Positions 1-6,746 of a stretch of DNA of 64,000 nucleotides are shown here, one piece after another. Numbering within the stretch: position 1 is the first letter of the stretch; each line of letters begins with the position of its first letter. The stretch is from Ruminococcus sp. (GTDB lineage: Bacteria > Bacillota > Clostridia > Oscillospirales > Ruminococcaceae): assembly GCA_021199305.1 (NCBI GenBank), contig JAJQIH010000037.1:1-64000 (forward strand), read 5' to 3'. The notes beneath the pieces were generated by a model. It saw nothing but the letters and a program-made list of their open reading frames with translations, was not told where the DNA came from and did not search any database. A program made the position numbers and the translations under genes.

Positions 1-120
1 CGAACACCCCCCCCCCCCCCCCCCCCGCCCCCTCCCCCCCCCCCCCCCGCCCCCCCCCCCCCCCCCCCCCCAGCCCCCCCCCCCCCCCCCCCCCCCCCCG
101 CCCCCCCCCCCCCCCCCCCC
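1..120. repeat. Near-homopolymeric poly-C tract with scattered G/A, most likely a sequencing or assembly artefact at a contig edge
   Basis: Seen directly: more than 110 of the first 120 nt are C; normal-complexity sequence begins abruptly at about 121. Confidence 0.5.
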
Positions 121-326
121 GCCGGCCCCACGTATTAAAATACAAATATACTCATTATTTTAGCATATTTTCAGCGAATTTCTTTTGATAAAAACCGTAA
201 TGAGTAAAAACTATGAGGTCGGGATCCTGAAGTTTTGGCAAGGGAATCTGGGTGACTTGCCACCTCAATTCGGCACCCTGGAAAAATTAAATGCGCATTT
301 ATAAAATTTAATAAAGGAGGAATCAC

Positions 327-2303
327 ATGTCTTTTAAGAAAAAATTCTTGAGCGTAGTTTCCGCTTTGGCTTTTGGTGCAACCTGTCTTACAGGCTTAAC
401 CGCCAGTGCCGCTGACGCTAACACGCTTTTAGAGAATCTGGATGTTTCAGGCGGATATTCTTATATTGATACCTATTACACTTCTACCTATTATGCTAAA
501 AGTGCTTTTGAGATTCAATATGAGTATGTTTCCATAGATGACGATGGAGAGTATTACGACAGAGATACTGATGAACTAACTGCTATTGACTATTCTGATA
601 CCTTCGAGTTTCTTGTTTTTGACACAAGCTGGGGTGGCTGGAACGCTACCAAAGTAGGTGTATCAGAAGCTGAGGAAGGCACTGTTTATACAGCAACAGT
701 GTCAATTTCGGGTATTGAAAGTAAACTTGATACAGGGTTATCGCCTTATGGCATTAACCTTGAAACTGGCAGAATTGGCGATACTAAAGTCAGAATTATA
801 TCTCTGAAATATGTAAACGATACTTCTGTTGAAAGCTCAAATCTTGAAGCATCCGGAAGCTGGGTTAAAGGAACAGGCGGCACTATGGAAGTAACATCAG
901 GAACTGCTACCGTTTCCTTTGATGAATGGAAAATCGACATTTCCAAGCTTTGCGTATATAGCTTTACCAATCCAACGATTGATGTAACAGTTAATTACGA
1001 AACAGCGCCGAACGATTACGTTCAGGCGGAAATTCTCGACAACCAAGGAAATCCAATCGTCTCAAATTACCCTTACGTTTCTGAATCGGGAAAGGTTACC
1101 TATACGACCGAGTTCGATAGCGACCTCACAGCGTTATCTCTTTGCTATGATAGCTGTACAGTAACTACTATTAAGATTTACGACAATACAGACGGAAATA
1201 CCGAATATTCTGTATCAGGTAAATCAGCAACTGAGATAGCAAACGATATGGGAATGGCTTGGAATTTGGGAAATGCCCTTGACTGTGTAAACAGCGAAAC
1301 TGGTAAGGTTGATGAAACCTGCTGGGGAAATCCTGTTACTACCAAAAAGCTTATTCAGGCTGTTAAGGAACAGGGCTTTAACACGATAAGGATTCCAATC
1401 TCCTATCTGGATAAGATTGTAGAATCTACTGAGAACGGTTCTGCAACCTATACTGTTGACGACGACTATCTCGCCAGAATCAAGCAGGTTGTTGATTATG
1501 CTTATGATATGGGTATGTATGTTGTAATTGATATGCATAACGACGGCGGAGAAGGCGTAACAGGAAAATGGCTCGATATTACTAAGTCGGGCGACGAGTT
1601 TACAGAAATTGTAGACAAATACTCAGATGTATGGACAGATATTGCAACATACTTTGCAGATTATGACCAGAAGCTTATATTTGAAGGCTTTAATGAGCTG
1701 ATGAACGGCAATTATAGCGATACGCCGGCTGAAGACTCGTATTTGTATACTAATATAAATACATTGAATAATGCCTTTGTAAGCGCAGTACGCTCGACAG
1801 GAGACGACACTAATGACGACCGTATCCTTATCGTAGCGGGTTATAACACTGATATTGATTGCACTATAACAGGCTTTGACGTACCTGAAGATTCATCAGA
1901 AAACAAATTGATGCTCTCAGTTCATTATTACAGTCCTTATGACTTTGTTCTTAATGAAAGCGGAACATCAAGCTATACTTCTTCTGATTTGTCATCTATG
2001 GCAACCTCAATCAGTAATATTTGTTCGTTTGCATCAAAATCGGGTATGCCTGTATTTATTGGCGAGTACGGTCCTATAGATAAGACCAATACTACTGCAA
2101 GAGCAGAGTATTGCTATTATCTGAATTATTATGCGGCTAGTAACTCTGATGCTACTGTAGTATTGGCATTCTGGGATAATGGAGTTACCACGACCTATGG
2201 CTCTGGTCTCTTTAACAGAACTTCCAATACTGTAACCGATACAGGTTCTACAATAATCAGTTATATTAAAGCAGGGTATAGTTGTTCATCTATACCCTCA
2301 TAA
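327..2303 (+). CDS. Secreted glycoside hydrolase family 5 (cellulase/endoglucanase-like) with N-terminal non-catalytic region
   Basis: N-terminal signal peptide (MSFKKKFLSVVSALAFGATCLTGLTASAADA); GH5-type motifs MGMAWNLGNALD, IRIPISY, FEGFNELMN (NE acid/base region), VHYYSPYDF, FIGEYG; RBS AAGGAGG upstream of ATG 327. Confidence 0.75.
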   Translation: MSFKKKFLSVVSALAFGATCLTGLTASAADANTLLENLDVSGGYSYIDTYYTSTYYAKSAFEIQYEYVSIDDDGEYYDRDTDELTAIDYSDTFEFLVFDTSWGGWNATKVGVSEAEEGTVYTATVSISGIESKLDTGLSPYGINLETGRIGDTKVRIISLKYVNDTSVESSNLEASGSWVKGTGGTMEVTSGTATVSFDEWKIDISKLCVYSFTNPTIDVTVNYETAPNDYVQAEILDNQGNPIVSNYPYVSESGKVTYTTEFDSDLTALSLCYDSCTVTTIKIYDNTDGNTEYSVSGKSATEIANDMGMAWNLGNALDCVNSETGKVDETCWGNPVTTKKLIQAVKEQGFNTIRIPISYLDKIVESTENGSATYTVDDDYLARIKQVVDYAYDMGMYVVIDMHNDGGEGVTGKWLDITKSGDEFTEIVDKYSDVWTDIATYFADYDQKLIFEGFNELMNGNYSDTPAEDSYLYTNINTLNNAFVSAVRSTGDDTNDDRILIVAGYNTDIDCTITGFDVPEDSSENKLMLSVHYYSPYDFVLNESGTSSYTSSDLSSMATSISNICSFASKSGMPVFIGEYGPIDKTNTTARAEYCYYLNYYAASNSDATVVLAFWDNGVTTTYGSGLFNRTSNTVTDTGSTIISYIKAGYSCSSIPS

Positions 2304-2408
2304 AGAAAGAAAGGTTTCTTAAGAAATCCCTCCGCTTGTTTACGGCGTCTTTTATGGCGAAGTAAAATTACAAAACGGAGGGATTTTTTAATTTTTTAGG
2401 TGACTCAT

Positions 2409-4961
2409 ATGAAAAAAATATTGTGTTCAATATTGTCATTTGCCATAATGTGTATGTTGTTCAGCTCTATTATACCTGCGTATGCGGACGATTATTTGAC
2501 TGAAGGGGATTGGACATATTCGGAAGAGGGATCTCTAAGAGGATACAATGGTACGGTTGTTGAAAACTTGACCTTACCGACACAGCTAGGCGGTGTTACC
2601 TTAACGGGCACCGCCTATACTTTTTATAATAATGGTTCATCATATAACTTTAATAACGAAGTTGTTTCTGTAATAATACCGGAAGGCTATACGTTAGTTG
2701 GCACTAACACATTTTATGGATGCACAAAGCTAAAAACCGTGGAGATACCAGAGGGCGTTACAAATATATCAACTTATGCACTGAGGAACTGTGTTTCGCT
2801 GGAAAGCGTCACACTCCCTTATTCTGTTGCTAAACTTATGGGTAGTTGCTTTAGCGGTTGCACAAATGAAAATTTAATTATTGATATCAAAAGAACAGAA
2901 ACCTTCACAACCTTGAACAGCACAGCGTTCTCGAATGTGGTAGGTACTATTTATGTATACTCACAGGAAGTATATGATCAAATTTCAGCAGTAGCTACAA
3001 CGGCAACGGTTATTTTAAAAGAAGAGGAAATAGACACTTCCGAGCTTGAAGCAGCAATTACAGCAGCAGAAGCTATCGATACAAGCGTTTATACAACGGC
3101 AAGCTTAGCGACATTAACCGACGCCGTTACAGCAGGTAAGACAGTTCTTAACAACGAAGACGCAACGCAGACAGAGATTAACAACGCAGCAACAGCTATA
3201 ACCGATGCAATTGATGCGCTCGTAACCCTTTTAGCTGAAGCGATTGAAAACGCAGAGTCGGCAATTGAAGCGGCGGAAATGATTGATACTACAAATTGTA
3301 CAGAGGATAGCGTAGCAGCGTTGACAGCGGCTATAGAAGCGGCAAAAACAGCGATAGCTGACGAATCGGCGACTGCTGATTCAGTTGAAGCGGCTGTAGA
3401 AGCGGTAAACGCGGCAGTAGCAGAGCTTGAAGGCGTAATTTACGTAACCGAAGATGAAGAGCTATACAACTCGATTTCATCAGCGGCAACAAGCGCAACG
3501 GTAATTTATGTAGCAGAGTCAGGTTTAAGCGGTCAGGTTCTGGCTAACATCTATTATGGTGGCAATACGTTATATCAGATTGCAACAGGAACAGCAGGTT
3601 CTGACATTGCAGGAGCGACAAGCGTCAAAGTATACTTTGACTGCGCGTCCGATGTAAGCTACAATCCATATGCATCGATTGATTTATATGCGGTAGTAAA
3701 TTCGACGCAAAACTACGCACAGATTGCAGGAACAGACAGCTCCTACTCGTCAGGTACAACAGGCTGGTCGGAAACTCTGTCGCTTGAAAATGCGATAGCA
3801 GAAGGCGACACATATACAATTTCCGGAGCTACATGGTCATGGAGCGGAGCGGAAGATTACGTATATGCAGTAACTAAGGTAGAGTTTTTGGATGACTCTG
3901 GCGCTGTACTGGCAACAATTGACCCGAACGTAGCTAACGACCTGACAGAGTTAAAGGCAGCGATAGTAGAAGCTGACGCCGTTGACGAAACAGTTTATAC
4001 AGACAACAGCGTAGCTACAATGAATGAAGCTCTCGCAGCAGCTATAACAGTTATTGGTAACGCAGATGCAACTCAGGATGAAGTTGACGCAGCAACAGCA
4101 GCTTTGACAGCAGCAATTGCTGGCCTTGTTGACACTTCAGACCTTGAGGGAACAATCGCAACAGCGGAAGATATTGATACGTCGGCGTTTACGCCATCGA
4201 GCGTAGCGGCAATGACCGAAGCACTTGAAAGTGCAAAGGAAACGCTTGCAAACGCAGACGTAACACAGGACGAAGTAAATGCGGCGGTAGATGCTCTGAC
4301 AGAAGCGATTAACGGCTTGACAGAGCTTGCTGACACAACAGATCTTGTAACTGCAATCGCAGATGCTGAGACAGTTGATGCAACCCTTTACACATCTTCA
4401 AGCGTAGCTGACTTAACAGCAGCACTCGAAGACGCAAAGACAGTTCTTGACAATGCAGATGCAACTCAGGACGAAGTTGATGCAGCAGCATCAGCTTTGA
4501 CAAGCGCAATCAACTCACTTGTAAGCGCATACTCGATAACTGGTACTGTATACGTTTCAGATTCTGATACAGAAACGACAATGACAGTAGCAGTAACTCT
4601 TGCAGATGGCACAGAGGTTTCAGCAGAAGCTACAAGTATGGGTGAGTACGCAATTGAAGGCTTGGATGCAGGCACTTACACAATCACAATCAGTGGTGGT
4701 AAATATGCTCCAAGAAGCTATGAAGTTGAAGTTTCGGAAAGCCTGACACAGGACGTTTACTTAAATCCATACGGAGATGTAAACGGTGACGGCAATGTAA
4801 CAACAGCAGATGTTGGACTTGCAAATAGCCATGCAAAGAACGTTACACTTCTTGAAGATTACGAATTTGTTTGCGCAGACGTAAATCTTGACGGAAGCGT
4901 AACAACAGCAGACGTTGGAAAGATCAACAGTCATGCTAAGGGCGTAGTAGCTCTATGGTAA
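2409..4961 (+). CDS. Secreted cellulosomal scaffold-like protein: BspA-type leucine-rich repeats, about 6-7 FIVAR helical repeats, CarboxypepD_reg-like domain and C-terminal type-I dockerin
   Basis: Signal peptide; LRR segment (VVSVIIPEGYTLVGTNTFYGCTKLKTVEIPEGVTNIS...); repeated 60-65 aa units with YT..S...L..A...AK..L.N.DATQ.EVDAA..AL..AI..L (FIVAR pattern); duplicated Ca-binding dockerin segments DVNGDGNVTTADV and DVNLDGSVTTADV at the C-terminus. Start moved to ATG 2409 (GGTGA 6 nt upstream). Confidence 0.75.
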   Translation: MKKILCSILSFAIMCMLFSSIIPAYADDYLTEGDWTYSEEGSLRGYNGTVVENLTLPTQLGGVTLTGTAYTFYNNGSSYNFNNEVVSVIIPEGYTLVGTNTFYGCTKLKTVEIPEGVTNISTYALRNCVSLESVTLPYSVAKLMGSCFSGCTNENLIIDIKRTETFTTLNSTAFSNVVGTIYVYSQEVYDQISAVATTATVILKEEEIDTSELEAAITAAEAIDTSVYTTASLATLTDAVTAGKTVLNNEDATQTEINNAATAITDAIDALVTLLAEAIENAESAIEAAEMIDTTNCTEDSVAALTAAIEAAKTAIADESATADSVEAAVEAVNAAVAELEGVIYVTEDEELYNSISSAATSATVIYVAESGLSGQVLANIYYGGNTLYQIATGTAGSDIAGATSVKVYFDCASDVSYNPYASIDLYAVVNSTQNYAQIAGTDSSYSSGTTGWSETLSLENAIAEGDTYTISGATWSWSGAEDYVYAVTKVEFLDDSGAVLATIDPNVANDLTELKAAIVEADAVDETVYTDNSVATMNEALAAAITVIGNADATQDEVDAATAALTAAIAGLVDTSDLEGTIATAEDIDTSAFTPSSVAAMTEALESAKETLANADVTQDEVNAAVDALTEAINGLTELADTTDLVTAIADAETVDATLYTSSSVADLTAALEDAKTVLDNADATQDEVDAAASALTSAINSLVSAYSITGTVYVSDSDTETTMTVAVTLADGTEVSAEATSMGEYAIEGLDAGTYTITISGGKYAPRSYEVEVSESLTQDVYLNPYGDVNGDGNVTTADVGLANSHAKNVTLLEDYEFVCADVNLDGSVTTADVGKINSHAKGVVALW

Positions 4962-5016
4962 AGCTAATCCTTCCTTAATGGGATTTATTATTAGATCTCT
5001 GAGAAAAATAGTTGCA

Positions 5017-5054
5017 AAAATCGGCAGAGTTTTCACTCTGCCGATTTTTGTTTT
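5017..5054 (+). terminator. Rho-independent terminator after the dockerin gene
   Basis: Hairpin atcggcagag-ttttca-ctctgccgat followed by TTTTTGTTTT. Confidence 0.7.
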
Positions 5055-5164
5055 ACAGGGGCGACAAGCATTTCAATGCGGTCGCCGAGCGTTTTACGAA
5101 GTATAATGCGGGATAGAGAGGATAACGAAATCTGACATTGTTAATAGCGGAAAATCTACTACTT

Positions 5165-5215
5165 TCTACTGTTATTTTTACTATTTTGGCAACGAAGCGT
5201 TTAACGGAGTTTAAT
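5165..5215. repeat. Copy A of a small dispersed intergenic repeat family (partner at 42975..43073)
   Basis: tgttatttttactattttggcaacgaagcgtttaacggagtttaatgcgtg aligns with 42975-43073 (tgtttatttctacaagttttggca ... aagcgttaaacgaagtttaatgcgtg, with two insertions in copy B). Confidence 0.5.
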
Positions 5216-5405
5216 GCGTGGTATTTTTACAGTTTCCCCTCGCCGAAGGCGAGGGGAAATTCTTTCTTTTCCAGGGCGAAGAGTACATACACCCGTTTAT
5301 ATGCCCACTTTGTTTCCCACTTCTTTATTTACATTATAGCAGCACAGGCTTTTTGGACAAATCAAGGCTATATCAGGTCGCTTTACAGCGGTCTGGTATA
5401 GCCTT

Positions 5406-5432
5406 TTTTCGCAAAGTATCTTAATTGACGAA
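5406..5432. repeat. Left 27-bp inverted repeat (IR-L) of the recombinase-containing invertible segment
   Basis: ttttcgcaaagtatcttaattgacgaa is the exact reverse complement of 6704..6730. Confidence 0.9.
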
Positions 5433-5461
5433 CGCTGACACGTCATCATTTATCTAGTAAA

Positions 5462-5490
5462 ATTATATATGGTGTTGTCGGATTTGTCAA
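5462..5490 (-). promoter_or_regulatory. Perfect consensus sigma-A promoter (TTGACA-17-TATAAT) on the minus strand inside the invertible segment, currently firing outward through IR-L into gene-free DNA
   Basis: Plus strand 5462-5467 attata (rc TATAAT), 17-nt spacer, 5485-5490 tgtcaa (rc TTGACA). Confidence 0.6.
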
Positions 5491-5525
5491 TAGAATGCAT
5501 AAAAATGTCGAAAAAAGTAGCAAAA

Positions 5526-5555
5526 TTGACGTCATATAGAACCAGGGCGTTTAAT
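5526..5555 (+). promoter_or_regulatory. Candidate promoter for the recombinase gene (TTGACG-18-TTTAAT)
   Basis: Sequence match only; lies about 50 nt upstream of the int RBS. Confidence 0.3.
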
Positions 5556-5604
5556 CTGTTTTACATTTCCTTCAGCATACATTTATAATTGCGGAGGTAC
5601 TGCT

Positions 5605-6669
5605 ATGTCGGAAAGAGGAGAAAATGTTTATAAAAGAAAAGGCGAAAGAAAAAACTCTACAGATTTAAAACGTCAGCAGCTTGAAATTAAAGACGAGTTG
5701 CAACAAGCTGATTTGTATTCTGATACGCCGTCTTGCAAATATGCTACAGTTTTAGATGAGTGGTTGGCAATGTCAAAAATACGGGTTAAGGAATCGACCT
5801 TTGCTTGCTACTCCCGAATTGTCAATTCGCATATTCGGGAAGAATTAGGCTCCTGTAATATAAATGAATTGACAACGATGATGATTGAGCAATTTATAAG
5901 CTACAAGCTGAGCATTGGCAACTTAAACAGCTGCAAAGGTCTGTCGCCGAAAACTGTCAGCGACATTCTATTTGTAATCAAAAGTACGCTCGAATATGCA
6001 AGGTGTCAGGGCTTGGATGTTCGGTGCAATCTGAGCCGAGTGGTCATAAAACGCTCTACAAAGGAGATACGTGTACTTACCAAAAAGGAGCAAGGCAAGC
6101 TCGTGAAGGTTCTGCTTGCCGATATGGATTTATATAAGTTTGGAACGCTTCTTTCACTCTATACCGGCATCAGAATTGGCGAGCTTTGTTCGCTGCAATG
6201 GCAGGACTTTTCTCCCGATAGTTGTGTTTTATCTGTAAGGAAAACAATCCAGCGAGTTCAAAATACCGATAAAGAAGCTTTAGCTAAAACAAAGGTAATC
6301 ATAACAGAACCTAAAAGTCAATGCTCTGTAAGAGATATACCAATACCTGCTTTTTTAAGAGAATACGTCGAACGGTTCAGGTCGGAAGATTCAGCATATA
6401 TTCTTTCAGGTCGTCAAGACAAATATGTTGAACCACGGACTATGCAGAATCACTTTAAAGCTTTTGTCAGACAAAGCAAAATTGCTGACGCTAACTTTCA
6501 CTCTTTGCGACATACATTTGCAACAAGATGTGTAGAGGTGGGATTCGATATTAAAAGCCTGAGCGAAATTCTAGGGCATTCTAACGTGAATATTACGCTG
6601 AACCGCTACGTTCACTCTTCTTTTGAGCTCAAGGCAAGCAATATGAGCAAGCTTTCTCTTGAAGTATAA
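5605..6669 (+). CDS. Tyrosine site-specific recombinase (phage integrase family)
   Basis: RBS GGAGG before ATG 5605; N-terminal SAM-like domain; catalytic signature TGIRIGEL (Arg), HSLRHTFATR (His-x-x-Arg), LGHSNVNITLNRYVHS (His, Tyr nucleophile). Confidence 0.85.
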   Translation: MSERGENVYKRKGERKNSTDLKRQQLEIKDELQQADLYSDTPSCKYATVLDEWLAMSKIRVKESTFACYSRIVNSHIREELGSCNINELTTMMIEQFISYKLSIGNLNSCKGLSPKTVSDILFVIKSTLEYARCQGLDVRCNLSRVVIKRSTKEIRVLTKKEQGKLVKVLLADMDLYKFGTLLSLYTGIRIGELCSLQWQDFSPDSCVLSVRKTIQRVQNTDKEALAKTKVIITEPKSQCSVRDIPIPAFLREYVERFRSEDSAYILSGRQDKYVEPRTMQNHFKAFVRQSKIADANFHSLRHTFATRCVEVGFDIKSLSEILGHSNVNITLNRYVHSSFELKASNMSKLSLEV

Positions 6670-6703
6670 GCTGTCAGTTTTATATCCAGCTTTTCGGAAA
6701 TAT

Positions 6704-6730
6704 TTCGTCAATTAAGATACTTTGCGAAAA
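6704..6730. repeat. Right 27-bp inverted repeat (IR-R), ending 3 nt before the RBS of the first TIR gene
   Basis: ttcgtcaattaagatactttgcgaaaa, the reverse complement of 5406..5432. Confidence 0.9.
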
Positions 6731-6746
6731 TATGGAGGTAATTAAA

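Larger units (their letters stand above)
5406..6730. other. Putative self-contained inverton: about 1.3-kb segment bounded by perfect 27-bp inverted repeats, containing a tyrosine recombinase gene and divergent promoters
   Basis: Perfect IRs at both ends; the single gene inside is a tyrosine recombinase; a consensus outward-facing promoter lies at the opposite end from the adjacent operon. Confidence 0.6.

Noticed and set aside
5187-5205. Possible sigma-54 promoter (TGGCA...GC) inside repeat copy A
   Set aside because: The GG to GC spacing is off by 2 nt from the -24/-12 consensus.
5238-5262. Perfect 9-bp-stem palindrome cccctcgcc-gaa-ggcgagggg as a terminator
   Set aside because: It is not followed by a convincing U-tract on either strand and nothing upstream needs terminating. 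Left as an unexplained hairpin or REP-like element.
5138-5424. ORFs 5138..5401 and 5218..5424 (87 and 68 aa) left of IR-L
   Set aside because: No RBS; low-complexity hydrophobic translations. The region is better explained as non-coding DNA containing a dispersed repeat copy and a palindromic hairpin.
6732-6746. Alternative start ATG 6732 for the first TIR gene (MEVIK...)
   Set aside because: No RBS upstream (it lies inside IR-R). The GGAGG at 6734-6738 is ideally spaced for ATG 6747 instead.
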